DNA of 63,432 nucleotides from Rhizophagus irregularis (lineage: Eukaryota): the NCBI RefSeq assembly GCF_026210795.1, contig NC_089433.1, positions 5,766,001 to 5,829,432 on the forward strand. Direction: 5' to 3'. Of the stretch, positions 40,143-54,399 are shown one piece after another. Under the pieces are notes generated by a model. The model was not told the origin of the DNA, did not search any database, and was given only the letters and a program-made list of their open reading frames with translations. The position numbers were made by a program, and so were the translations under genes. How positions within the stretch are numbered: the stretch's first letter is position 1; every line of letters starts with the position of its first letter.

Positions 40143-42389
40143 ATGAGTTTTGCTATAAGAAAAAAATTCTCGAACAAATTCCTGAAAAATATAGAAAAAA
40201 CCTATCGTCCTGTTTCCAACGACGAAGATATATATCGTACATACTCGTCACCCAACAAAAAATCCAACATGACTTCCAGTCAACCTATAGGTCCTACTCA
40301 GACTGCTAACAACGCTACAACGGACACAACTATGGAAGAAGCATCATCTTCCTCTCCCGCTCATGCTCTTTCGCACAGCGAAATTGAACTTACATCACGT
40401 GACTTACATGAAAAAGATATTCACACGCAAACACCAATCACTGAAATATTGACTAATATGGATGTAGATCCTATTATTACTAACACAGATAAAGGAAAAT
40501 CGCTGGAAACACAGTCAGCCACACAAACAAATACCCCTAATCCGTTACAAATTACGGTGCTAACAGATATATTTGAACAAACACCACAAGTTTCAAACAA
40601 AGCACACAAAGGATTTATTCCTAGAGATAGTTTCCCACCGAAACTCTCTAACAACGAAATTATCAATCTAATAAAAACGTCATTCATCAAGGATAGCAAT
40701 GCTTTTAGATTTGACGTCAATACAACATCCACCTACAGATATTTTACTATCTATTTCAGAACACGTGACTCGCTTGACTAATACATAGCAAAAAGTCCCG
40801 ATAACCTCAAACATGTAAAAATTTACGAACTCACCAATGAGGCTATCAACACATTAATAGAACAAAAATTCTCTAATCTAGACCAGGCTGTTATAAAAAT
40901 TATGGATATACCATACAACTACGATACATCCATGCTTATCAAGCACCTCGCTATAAAAACAGGCAGCAATATCATAGATCATAAAGAAATTAAAAAACCT
41001 CCAAGAAAGATTTCCAACCGCAGCACTCGCGGTCGCCCTATCTTCATAAAACCTGCTTACAAACAACTTATTGTCCGATTTGACAAACAAGCAGCATATG
41101 ATTATTTCATGAATGAAAACTATTGGAGCCTCGAAATCGAGAACTTCGTAGTAAGAATCTTACCTGGTAACCCCGATGATCCCGAATATAAGAAACGCAC
41201 CAGTCATTACTTCAAAATCACTGGTCTCCCACTCAATTCCACAGCTAAAGACATTGAACCTCTTATTAAACACGTCTACGGACGAACTTGTACATTTACA
41301 CAAACCACCAAATATTCAACCATGAAAAATGCCTATATTTACGTCTCACCAAACAATTATCCGACAGACGCGATCAATGGCGCCTCCTCACTTTTCGAAG
41401 GATACAATCTCCACGTCCTACCAGGACACCTTTCACTAAAGACATGTAATACTTGTGGATCACCACTCCATGAGGCAAAAAACTGCGACGACAAAAATTT
41501 CGACATCGATCAAAACAATCGAAAAATCTTCAAAAAACGATTTATTAATCGTAACGAAGAAAAAATTGCAATTAACGAAAACCACAGAGCTAGATTTAAC
41601 CATGTCATTACTCTGAATGCAAATAAAAGATCTCCCACGATGTCACAAAATCCTAAACCCAACCATACACCACCGCGCAACTACAACAACAAGAATAACC
41701 AACAATCAGGTAGCTTATTATATCCACGACAGACCAAACAACCATATAATAACCATAATAATTATGGCAACAATAACAAGGATTTAAAATATGATAATTC
41801 CTATATCGCCCCTCACCTGGACAATCCCCAAGTGACCGATATCAATCGTTCTGAACAACGAATTACACAATTGGAACAACAAGTCCAATCCCTCTTACAG
41901 AGTGTTAAAACACTCCAAGATGGAAAATCTAAAGTCGATAGTACTATCGCCGATATCCATCACAACCACAATTTAATGAGCTCTTCGCTCAATGACATCT
42001 CCACCAGACTTGACAAATACGACACAATTATCCAACAACTCACGACTAATATTAATTTACTTAGTCAAGAAAAGATTTCAGAACATAAAGAACGTAACGT
42101 CAAAACACCAAAATGACCGTCTCCATACGAACAATCCTCGTATAGAGTAACAAAAAATAGATACAACCTAAGAGGCAATAAACATGGTAATACCACAGCG
42201 GATGACAGCGAACAACCCTTGGCAACCGATGAAGACACCGATGCCCCCGACGAGGCCGTCATGTCAGACGGTGCCGTCTTTGAAGGAATCATTGATGAAT
42301 TGTCAAATACAACACTGACTGAAACTAAATTTTCAGTCAAATCCTACAATCCCCTTAACCTCCTCCCGCAGTTTAATGCGACACGTTAA
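40143..42389 (+). pseudogene. LINE ORF1 (gag-like; CCHC knuckle, coiled coil)
   Basis: One frame with two premature stops (TAA 40779, TGA 42114); CNTCGSPLHEAKNC = CX2CX4HX4C. Confidence 0.9.
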
Positions 42390-42519
42390 TTACGTGCTTA
42401 CCATTAAAACTTATATATCTCCTCTTTATTTTGGATATACTTTTTGGACTTCCCCATTTTGATTCTAACGGTTTAACATTTCTATACACATATTGATTCT
42501 CTTTATATACAATTTTATT

Positions 42520-45500
42520 ATGGAATACACCAATTTACAACCCCCGGCTGACCTCGAAAATCAGCCTTTTGCACCAGTTTTACAATATTCTCATACTAAA
42601 CATAACAAAAACACAAAATCACAAAAAAATTATAAAAAACCCCAAAACCACAAAAATATTAATCAAAACTTTCATACCCCAGACAATAATGATGCACCAA
42701 CAACAAGTTCACGATATTATATTTGTGAACCTCGTAATGATGAAGATGAAAATATGCTAAATTACATTGAACACCATTTATTTGATGACCAGGATACAAT
42801 AGCGTCAACGTCGTCTACCTCTCAAATACACGACACCCCCATATCAACATCTTCTCAATTACGAACACAATTTATTGATTACCATAAATTTGGTACAATT
42901 AATATTCAAGGAGGATTCAATAATAAATTGAATGATATCCTCCATTTTTTCACGCTTCATAATTATGACATACTTATTTTGACCGAAACAGGTCTCCACC
43001 AATATACTAATATAGATATGGACCTTAAGAAAGCAACACATTCAACGCATTCACTTCCAGTACTGAATAATGATAACATTATTCATAATATTCATTTTTA
43101 TATAGATGACAAAGGAAATACCAAAGGTAGTGGAGTTTCTATGATGATCACGGATCAACTGCAAAAACATATTATCAAAATCAACACCTTTCATAGCCGT
43201 ATTTTAACGGTCGATTTATGCTTTAAAGGCAATCATTATATCAAATTTATATGTTGTTATTTACCAGCTAATGCTGTTGACGACAAAGAATTGATTATTA
43301 AATGTTACAAAGAAATTGAAAACATTTTAATCACGGCTAAACACAATTATTTTGAATGTATAGTTTTAGGTGATTTAAATATTAGTTTCGACAAACTAAA
43401 AAAATCTAATCATTACCCTATTTGGAGACGTGAAATCAATACAATCTTTAAAAACTTTGGTCTTAGAGACTTACTTAAATCATTTCACGATCACCCGAGC
43501 CCGACGCATACTACTAAAAGGAAAGAAGGATCAGATATACAATCTCGTATAGATTACATCTTCACCTCACCTAATATCCTTCACTATAGCTTTTATGCTT
43601 ATACTCATAGTGTCTCTGAAGATTTTTTTACCACAGATCATCAGGCTCTTAGTTGCTATTTGACGCAAGATTATTTCAAAAACAAGTCTAACAGCTCTAG
43701 GAAAAGCTTAGAAAATTCACTCACATATAAACCTAATACAAACCCCAAAATTCAATTTAAATATCACTTAATGACCACAGAATCCTGGTCTGATTACAAA
43801 GTTACCAACGGTATTATTTATCGACAACATATTAATGATAAACCAACCCTACCGGATATAACACCAGAACAACAGATCGAATTATATTGGTCTAATATTA
43901 AAGATATTATCAAACAGACAAAAGATCGATGTATCCCTTCTTCCACATATAAAAAATACACGAAACATGATCGTCCATTATCTTTACAACAAAATAACAA
44001 CAAAATACTGATACTTCGTATGATTTTACGAAGATTTTTTAATATTAAAATTAATCGATTACAAGATGATCTTGACAAATGGAAAGATTATTGGAATACC
44101 TGGGATAAATCACGCAAATAAATTCTGGTTATCGACGTTCACTTTAACGCCAAACGTACTATTTGGCTACCATATACTTTGACGCCCAATAATATATCTG
44201 ACGTTAAAAAAGATTTACAAAGCCTTTTGCGTATATCTATTGTCCTACACAAACAAAAAGAAGATTCATGGACTATTAACAAAATTAATAGATATATTAA
44301 TGATAGGAATAATAATTTAATTCATAATCAAAAAAGGATGATTAATAGTATCCTTGACCGTAAACCCCAAAAAATAACATTAGATCGTTTACATTATTAC
44401 GATCATCAAACTAATCAATTTCAATTTACTAACAATCCTCATATTATAGCAGAACAAACTAATTTACATTTTCAATGTTTAGGAAAAGACCTTAACGAAC
44501 TTAATAATGTTAAAAAGTATAAGTCAATTCAAGACCTCCCGTTATATTGGAGATCAACCTATGAACCTATTAACAACCGTGATTGTAAACACATGACGTC
44601 ATTAGCGGATGAATTTTCAATTGACGAATTATCCCAAGTCATCTCATCACTTCCAAACAATAAAGCCGCAGGCATTTCCGGCATTACATACGAAGACATC
44701 AAACATACACACCAAGACTTTAGAGAATACATTAACAAATTTTTCAATTATATTATGCAGGTCCAAATTTATCCACGGGACTGGTTACATGCATTCCTTT
44801 TCCCTATACCTAAACCAAAGGCTTGGGATTGCAAAATAGAAAATACTCGACCTATAGTCTTGTTAGAAACGTTTAGAAAATTGTTTGTCAAAATTTTGAT
44901 ACAAAGGATTAACATCACGCTTACGACATACAACCTGATTAATGAAAACAATCGGGCTGGCCTAACGGGACAATCCACGTTACAACCATTACAAGTCGTC
45001 CAACATATAATTGAATCTGCTTATAAAGATAAAAAACAATTATGGATTGGTCTACAAGACCTCAGCAAGGCTTACGATAGAGTTAATTTATCTCTGTTAC
45101 GATTAGCATTAGAACGCCTACACTTTCCGACTACAATTACCACTCTTTTAATTTCTTTATTTAGTGATCGGAAAAATAATGTTATTTTACCTTTTGGTTT
45201 ATCTGCCGATTTTGATGTACTTCAAGGCATAGACCAAGGAGAAGTCATCAGCCCAATTGTATGGATTATTTATTATGATCCTATGTTCACATATTTGTCA
45301 CAATTAACCGAAAATTTACATGTCACCTCCGTTAACAAGATCAACAATATTTACCAACCTGACTCCGACCTACAGATTAATTATTCAGCATCTGTGGTGG
45401 GTTATCTTGATGATACCAGCTGGTTTGCTTCTTCCAAATCACAATTGGAATCCAACCTCCAAATAGCAAATTCTTTTTATGACATGGCGAACATCACTAT

Positions 45501-48500
45501 CAATCATGACAAATATATCATCCTTACCAACAACCCTAAACTTTGTAATAAGGAGTTACAATTCCAGGTCACCCCTGACAAATCAATAATGATTAAAACA
45601 GCGTCACGGGCCTCATCTAACCGCATTCTTGGAATCTACATTAACGCATTTAATTCACATACGCCAACGCTAAAGAAGATTAAAAAAATAGTTAATCATT
45701 TTGCGTATACAATGCGTTTTAAAAAAATAACTCACGACCACCTTATTTATATTATTAACAAAGTATTATTACCCAAACTGGAGTATATCAATCAATTTAC
45801 TATTTTCACACGTTCGCAATGTGATTCTTTATTAGCTCCAGTTAAAAAACTTTTTAAACAACATTTAAAATTACCAATTTCTACCCATAATAATATTATT
45901 CATAACAAATTATTTCCCTCCATTAATAGTTTTTTTTATAACCAATTTTATTCACATATATCAATTGTTAACGTTATTTTCAACACTCCCATGTTTTCCA
46001 CTATTGGTTTACAAAAGATTTTGAATACACAATATGATTTTTGGATACCGAATTTTCCAACGTCCAAAGACCTATCTAATCCTATTTCTTCAAATTATCA
46101 ATCCCTTTTAACCCGACAATTACGTCTCTTTAACAAGTTTTATATAACTTTTTTACCACACTGTAACACGTCTATCACAGGTGGTAGTAACTCTATAATA
46201 TCGTATTTTAATTCACATGATTCTCTCGATACTTTATCCAGTAACGACCTTCAAAGTTTACGGAAAAAACGTATAATGTTTATGGATCAATTAACTTCCC
46301 TCGACGGTTCTTTTCTAAGTACCTGGAAAGACGTCAAAAAACAAAACCCTAAGGCAAATTTTAAAGGACCTACGCCCAAGTGGTTTCAAAACCTTGAACA
46401 ATTTAATATTCTGGTGGATGACAGTTCACGACGCCTATTACGAAATTTGATAGTTTCGCCTCCGGCCAGATTTGACTCTATGTCTCCCCCTTTACGAAAA
46501 GCTCATAAATACCGCCCTAAGAATGAATGGACCATTTCTTGGGACATGGTACACCAGTGTGAATTATATGGCTAAGGTTGCTTGTCTAAACCTCTTCAAA
46601 ATCCTACGATTAGTTTCGTCAAAATTTTACTATAGATTTATTATAGTTTCGGCAGAGTTTCGGCAGTTTCGGCATTTATAATAAGTTTCGGCAGTTTCGC
46701 CTTTCTCCAAAGTTTCGCCAGTTTTTTAATATAACTTTAATATAGTTTTGGCAGAATTTCGCTTTTCAGCAAAACGCCATCTTGCCTAAACCCCTAGGTT
46801 TCGGCAAGCAACCTTATATATGGCAAGACGATTGAACAACAAAATGATTTATATGGTACTAGCCTTACTTACCGAACACATTATCTTCCTGTGGTTAATG
46901 CAGATATTAGAACCAATTTAACACCCAAAAGAATAACCCCTATTTTACATCCTTGTACAGGACTATGTGGTCATAGTGTACCTTTTAGTGGTGATCTACG
47001 TCCAAAATGTGTTATTGTTTCTTTAACATCACATTTGATTCTTTTTAAAGTTCATGCAAAAACTTTTATACCTAATAAACCTTTTATAAAATTAGAGAAA
47101 TTTTTTATTTTTCCAGTTACACCTTTACATACCCTTCGTACTCAAGCGTTTACATATAGTAAATATAGATTAATTACACCCAATGTTTTACCTCCAACGA
47201 TTCCTGTTTTATCTTCTTTGGACTCATATTTAAATGAGAATTCTTTATTATTTACTAATAATTTGATCAATTTAAATTTAAATATCTCTTCTTCCCTTTT
47301 TATTAAAAATATTTTCGTAGGAAATAGAGATTTAATTATTCAACTTTTAGAAATAGCTAAACAATTTTTGTCACGGAAAAAATTTATTTTTTATACTGAT
47401 GGTTCCTTTGCTTCTATAGATGTTAATTCTTCTACTCAAACTCAAATGGGTTTTGCCTGGATAGAGATTACTGATATAACTCCTGATTCCAGTTCTCCTC
47501 CACCAATATACAAAGGCGCTTTATCTTTTAATCCGTCTTCTACCAAAGCAGAAGTTTATGCGCTTTTAACAGCCATTATTGCTGTACCTGATGCGAGCGA
47601 ATTGGATGTCTTCACAGACTCGCTGAACGTTATTCATACTTTCCATACAGTTACTAATAAATTAACCTCCACAAGAAGAACGTTGAAATGCAATAATCAC
47701 CTAGCGTGGCGCCTAATAGACACGTTAATTACGAAGAAATCATTAATCGTCCGTTTACACAAAGTCAAAGCTCACTCCAATAATTTTTGGAATGATATGG
47801 CTGATAATTTAGCTAATGCTACACGACAACTGGCACCCTATGAAATCAATCCCACAACTTTACCGGGTTCTTTATTGACCCCTATTTGGGCTTCTATAGC
47901 GCCGATTGACCGTGATATCAGAAAATTTTGTCACAATTTAACAGATGTTTACACTTTTAATCAATTTTTGGGTAATTCTTCACTCTCACCCATTTTTGAT
48001 AGATTCCCCTTATCCTCAATACATTGGCCTCTAACTAGAGCGTGGTTGCAATTTAATTCCACACCGGATGTATGTAGCTCCACCAAATCCTCACACCACG
48101 CCTATCGAATTAAAGCACTTAATCATATACTTCCTTGTGGTGATGTTCTTACCAAACATTACCCTGATTTCTACCCCAATAATTATATACCCTGCCCGGT
48201 GTGCAATGACCATCAAGATACTAATGAACATTTGGGAATTTGTTCAAATCTTTTACCTGTAATTAATCACATTTTAGTGGAACACAAGAATATACTACAA
48301 CGTCTCCTTGAGGAGCATACTTCGTACAATCCTGCCCTCATCACACAATCCATCGATCAGTTGGATCTTTTATCACCGATCTCGGAGTCGAACTCTTACA
48401 CCCATCCAATATATTTAATTATACACCAACTTATTTCACAAGATTTTTATAACCTTGTGCGGTCTTTTACCTTTAATGATAAACTTACCCGTTCCATCAT

Positions 48501-49002
48501 ATGGGAATTCTTAATCTTATTTCACGACCAAATCTATCAACAAATATGGCCTAAACATTGTTCTTTGCTGAAATTGTGGGAACAACGTAATGGAATCACA
48601 CCCAAACGCAAACGTGATTTTCGTAAGAAAAAACCTAGGAACTCACGTGATCACCAAACAGCACAGCTTATTACTCAACCTAGAATTGTCTCTACTTCTT
48701 TTCACGGATCACAAAATCTCTCTCCGCCTAGAGCTAGGACGAACTTTTCACCTTCAGATGGTATTTCTCGCCGTTCATCCCACCCTTGGACTTCTTCGGC
48801 CCCGTCTACTCGTCCTTCTCACTTACCGCAACTACCGATGTGGTTGATTTTGTGCACATGTAATTTTTTACATTCCGGTGGATGGTTATCTTCTGTCCGG
48901 CATCCTAGTAGTTTTGAGTTAAATATAGATAATTTTTCTTCTTCATGTAATTTTAATTTTAATTTTTTTAGTTCTTCCTTTTCTTTTGATCGTACTTTCT
49001 GA
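42520..49002 (+). pseudogene. LINE ORF2: AP endonuclease, reverse transcriptase, RNase H, C-terminal Zn finger
   Basis: APE: TINIQG, LTET, GDLN, SRIDY, TDH; RT: PIPKP, RPIVLLE, DLSKAYD, QGEVISP, YLDD; RNH: YTDGS, AE, TDS, VKAH, NDMAD; CPVC...HLGIC; one stop (44119) and one MITE insertion. Confidence 0.95.
46573..46816 (+). mobile_element. 244-bp hAT-like MITE, copy 4, inside LINE ORF2
   Basis: Same TIR; 8-bp TSD TATATGGC; removal gives in-frame ...ELYG-KTIEQQNDLYG...LPVVNAD. Confidence 0.97.
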
Positions 49003-49384
49003 ACTCCCGGTTATGCCTGTTTGTTCGGTTGAATAATGGGCAAGACGACCCCTTCGGGCTTCTTCCGAGAGGTTGGGTATAACACTAGCTTAGAATTCAT
49101 TGATCTCTTAGACCATGTTTATTCCTATTTAGCGTTCGACCCCAGTCGAGTCTATATTTTAAAAATAAAAAATAAAAAATAAAAAAAAATACTTTTCGAT
49201 ATACCTGATACGCAAAACGTCAAAACGTGAAACTTTTTTTTTGAAGTATAATATTGAAGTATTATATTTACACTTTATACTTTTTAATTTTAGCAATGAG
49301 CTCTAAGACATTACAAAGTATAGAAGGTAAGTGTTTATTTATTATTTTCTTGTTAAATTTTTAAGTTTTTTTTCAAGTCTAACG

Positions 49385-50030
49385 AACAGGGCGGACATGC
49401 ATTATATCACAATGTCGATCACTTGCCGATCATGATATAAGTGATATCACGTTAAATTTGAAGCTTTATTCCAAGCAATAAATGTCCTGACAATTTATGT
49501 TAAATTATTTTATTTAATAGTTTAATTTACCAATAAATTAATATAAAAGTATTGTGGCAAAATAAGGTGTGTTTCCAAAGTTAGATTTTATGTCAAATTT
49601 TCAATAATTAATATATATGCTATATATATGCCGATCATCTGCTAACGTGACTTTGAAGCTTTGGGCGAAGCCACAGATCTTCGGGCGAAACTTGAAACTT
49701 TTACAGTATATTATTTAGGTATTCAAGAATCAATGGCTAAAATAAACCTGGATAATTTTTGATAACCCAAAAGTTATCATTAAATAAATGCTTACAATTA
49801 TTGTAAAATTAATATATGTCTGATATTTGACAAAATCTTTATGAATTATTTTAAGAACTAATTTATTAACAATAAATAAAATAAAGTAAATAAAATCGAA
49901 ATTTTTTACATCATTATGTAGAATTTGTGAAAAAACTAATTCAACGGTATTTTTTTATGTGATAATATTAGACAAGTGATCGGCAAAATGATCAGCAATA
50001 TCGTGATAATATGGGGATGTCTGCCCTGTT
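49385..50030. mobile_element. Non-autonomous MULE-like element (646 bp) inserted in the MULE left TIR
   Basis: AACAGGGCGGACAT ... ATGTCTGCCCTGTT, imperfect ~50-bp TIR; 9-bp TSD AGTCTAACG (49376-49384, 50031-50039). Confidence 0.9.
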
Positions 50031-50183
50031 AGTCTAACGTTACATTTTGCTTATTGTTTTATTGACTTATTGATACAAAAAATGAAGAACATAATTACTA
50101 AGTGAAAATAATTGTAATATTATTATATTTTACTTATACCATACATTAAAAACCTAATAAAGAATAATGAATAAAAAGGTAAT

Positions 50184-52856
50184 CTAGCTGTTTATATTTT
50201 TCTTTATGGATTGGGATAAATTGTGCGATAATTTTGAAATTTTTCTCTTTTTCCTAGATGGCATCATATTAGGATCATTCTCTTTAGAATGTTTACGCCT
50301 TTGGATTGAAGCTACTTGTACTGGAATTTTGCGATTTTTCACATTAAATCTTGAATCCAAATTTTGATAATTTTGGTGTAAATATGATACTAGTTGTCCA
50401 TTAGATGTATTCTTAGCTTTTTCATACCCCTTTTGAAAACTTTCCATGCCTAATAATAATTGATCGTTATTTGTAACATCTTGATAAACAGAATCAAGAA
50501 ATTCTTTAATTAACTTGACACGATATTCTCTATTTTGGTGATTAAGTTCTAATTCCGAAGATCTAAAATAAAATATCATAAACACTATAATATCAGACAA
50601 TTTATTTAAAAATTTAAGCATTATTATATATACCTTGCAAAGATTTCCGATGAGTTCGTATCTAACAATCTCAGTGCATTATTTTCCAATAAATTTGCAT
50701 GATTATTTTCTGATGGGCTTGCATTGTTATTGTTATTTTCCAATGGGCTTTCTGGACTTTCTGATGGATTTGTATTATTATTTTCCCATATATTATTTAT
50801 GTTACTATCATTTCCTAATATGTTTGTGGCGTTATTTTCTAAAAAATCCTTAGTTTTTATTTCAGCATGAAATTTTACATAAAAGGATTTGTCCATTACA
50901 CAAATGCCTTGTGCGATATAAGTATAACACATCAAAAATAATGAAGGTATATAGTTGATTGATGATTAATGGCCACAGCTGCTTGATGTTTATAAGGCCC
51001 TCCTGCATTACCTTTCGGACATGTGCATATACCAATATTTGAATCAACTATATAAAATATATCTGACTTTGACGTACTTTGAACATAATACATATGTTCA
51101 ATATTAGCAGAAACAATTTTATTTTGGTCAACAGATTCCCACCTTGGACAAAAAAACCTTTTTGAAATACTGTTTAATTGCTTATTTGCAATAGCTAAAA
51201 GCTTCCTTTCATAAAATCTTTCCATATTACCAATAATAAAAAAATAAATTTGAATAGGATTATAAGCTTTAACTCTACTAAAAATAATATCTTTTATAAT
51301 TCCAAAGCTCCTTTCTACATAATTATTTGTATGATTTCCTCTTGTTGAAGCACCATTACGAAATGATACTGCCCAAAATTCTCTTCTTTCCCAAAGGAGT
51401 GAACAATGCCTTGCCAATTTAGAATACTTATTATACCATTGTAACTGGAATTTCTGGTATTCAACATTCATAATATTTTCTGAATTGGCATATAAAATTC
51501 TTTTAAAATCTGAAATAACTGTTGAACGATCATCTTTTTTAATTTGGTTATTAGCATTCCATAGTCAACGCCATAATGCTTGTAGCACATGAAATATACA
51601 AAGAAACCTTTTTGAATTTGGCCAGCAAAGTTCAATAGCATTACGTTCAGCTGCAGAATCATCAGTCATAAACATAGAAGGATCTAGATCTACTCCTCGA
51701 CCAAAAAATGCATTTGAAGGTAAAATACTTTTTAATTTATTAATGGCAAATTCAATTGTAACTTCTGATTCATCAGAAGTTAAAAAAAGATCAAAAGGAA
51801 GCGCACCAGCAACACAACTGGTATATAATAACGTAATTGAAGTATTTAAAGGATCAAAGCTAGATGATGCATCAAAATAACAGATCTCTCCTGCCTGTCT
51901 AATTTTTTCATGCACTCTTTTCATTAAATTAGTTACAATAGCAAGAATAAATGGTTGCCCAAGTTCTTTATTATATTCACATAGTATTGCATTTCCTAAT
52001 CCTGAATTATAACTTCTTCTTTTAATTTTTCAAACATTCTTGATCCATTACTTGCACCTAAATTAATTTCTCTATATTTTTTAAAGAGATTGTAAACAAA
52101 ATTATAGTCTGAATTTGTTGCTCGGTCAGCCAACAAAGTAATTAATTCCTTTTCATTAGCAGCTGCTAAATGTAAATTATCTTCATAAGTATAAATTGCA
52201 GTTGCTGGTGAGTAACCATTTTTAAATAATTCAATATATTTATCTCAGGTAATTTTGCTAACTGGGCGGAAGCTAAGTGATTCAGCTGAATATGGAATAT
52301 GATTATATATATATTTAATGTGTACATGCATTATTAAATTTTTTTTTTCAATGCGCATTAACATTTTGGATTGACAATTAATATTACGTGTACGAAGGCT
52401 ATTTTCTTGTTTACTAGTTCTTGAACCCTGTTTTGTTTTTACAGTTTTACTATGTATACAATGCCTTTCTTCTTTAAAAACAATTTTTTTTCCTGTTATA
52501 GTTTGCTCTCTAGTTATACATATTGTAGTCTTTGATTTTTCTTAAAATTTTTCAAACCATATCAATGCATCATCTTTTGTTTGAATATTTATTAATAAGT
52601 CAAAGATAAATTGCTTTAACTCTATATCTTTATCAGTAAATAATGATGGAAGTATGTCCATTTTTTCAAGCTGATATTTATAATCACAAGGCAAAATTTC
52701 TTTTAAGTCAGGTGGCAATTCGGACTCTAATAAGCAAAATGTAACGTTAGACTTGAAAAAAAACTTAAAAATTTAACAAGAAAATAATAAATAAACACTT
52801 AATAAACATAAAAATAAAACTATACCTTCTATACTTTGTAATGTCTTAGAGCTCAT
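50184..52856 (-). pseudogene. MULE transposase with SWIM finger, degraded
   Basis: CYFDAS...FMTDDSAAERNA...LCIFHVLQA...TNNYVER; SWIM CTC-x7-[Y]KH (Cys lost); exon 1 52856-52826, intron 52825-52727; stops and frameshifts. Confidence 0.9.
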
Positions 52857-54399
52857 TGCTAAAATTAAAAAGTATAAAGTGTAAGTATAATACTTCAATA
52901 TTATACTTCAAAAAAAAATTTTCGCGTTTCGTATATCGAAAAGTATATAATGTAATACAGATCAAATATCACAATAATCACATATCATGTGACTTTTAAA
53001 AAACTGCACCCACAAAACGGGAGTGCAATTGTACAACTGCTTCTATCATGTAATCTTAGATATTTGCATCAGGAACTTATAAAATTTTCGAAAGCAATTT
53101 ATCAAAAGAAATCAAAATTTTTTGCCCAAATCAAAATTTTTTGCAACAAGTCACATATTAAAATAAATCACATGATAATATTATTATTGGTTCTAGATAG
53201 ATATTATCATGTGATTACATTCAGTAAGCTGGAAACCTGAAGTTCAAAATTCGAAACTCTTCATAATTCCAGCCAGAGACACCTGGTGACTTGAGCTTAA
53301 TTCTGGCCAAAATCAAAATAAATCGAAATTTTTAGTCAACTGAAAGAAATTTTAATTCAAATTGAAATAATATTTACTGGGCTAAAATAAATGCTATAGC
53401 AATAGTATATATAAAACATGCACACACATTTAAAAAATTTGAAGTAAAATCTTTATTATATTTTTGTAAAGTAGTACATGAGAAAGGGTCGGCCAGTTAA
53501 GTAAAAAATGAAACTAATAAGAGATATTGGAGTAGCAGATTGTTTCAAGGAAAGAATTTTGCTAAGCCCCAACCCATATAATGGCAGTTCCTTCCCTGCT
53601 ACTCAGTAACGATGTAAAATCAAGTTGGATAATTGATTTATATAGATATAAGGATATAAAAATTATTAATTATTTTGGTACATTGTGATCAAATTTTGAT
53701 TTCATCGGGAAATTTTTTAAGATGCAGAACTGCGGAGATCTGTAAAATTAGCAGATCTCCGCATTTTTTTTGTGAATTTATGTGGAAGTCTGTGATTTTG
53801 CAGATTTCTGCTTTTTATTTTTTACAAAGTTATGCAATAATCTGCAATTTTGCAAGTTTCCGATTTTTATGTATGAATTTCTGCGGTAATCTGCGATTTT
53901 GCAGATTTCTGCTTTTTTTTATGTGAAATTTATGCGGAAGTCTGCAATTTTGCAGATTTTTGCTTTTTTTTCATTAAAATATCAGTTCGATCTGCAATTT
54001 CATCATTGATTTAATATTTAAACTTTAATTAACTCTAACTTGATTTAATACCTAAATGATTTTTTCTACAATACTCTTTAAAAAGAAAAACTTTACAAGA
54101 CTTTAAAAAAATAATTTTTTCTACAACACTTATTACTAAAGAAAAAAACTTTGTGAAATAATTTTTCTACAACACCTTTTAGGAAATAATCTGTTAAAGA
54201 TTCCAAAGAAAAAATATTTCTATTATTTTTTAAGCTTCGAAACTTATCAGAGAAATTTTTTTTTTAAAAAAAAAAATTTATTTGTAAGGTTCGGAGTCTT
54301 TAAGGCAAATTTGTCTAACATTCGGCACATAATCTATGCAACATGCAGGGAAATTAGAACTAAAAAGAAGTCGTATTCCTTTTTTTTCTTTGAAAAAAA

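Larger units (their letters stand above)
40004..49188 (+). mobile_element. Full-length non-LTR retrotransposon (LINE) with RNase H
   Basis: 13-bp TSD ATACTTTTCGATA (39991-40003, 49189-49201); ORF1, ORF2; A-rich tail 49161-49188. Confidence 0.97.
39928..53009 (-). mobile_element. Mutator-like element (MULE) with long TIRs, host of nested insertions; outer ends approximate
   Basis: 39928-40003 + 49202-49384 + 50040-50054 is the reverse complement of ~52729-53009; encloses MULE transposase; outer TSD not found. Confidence 0.8.

Noticed and set aside
42493..49002. Three separate genes (endonuclease, RT, RNase H), or a retron/DGR-type RT system
   Set aside because: All are one LINE ORF2 split by one stop codon and one MITE; TSD and A-tail define a standard non-LTR element
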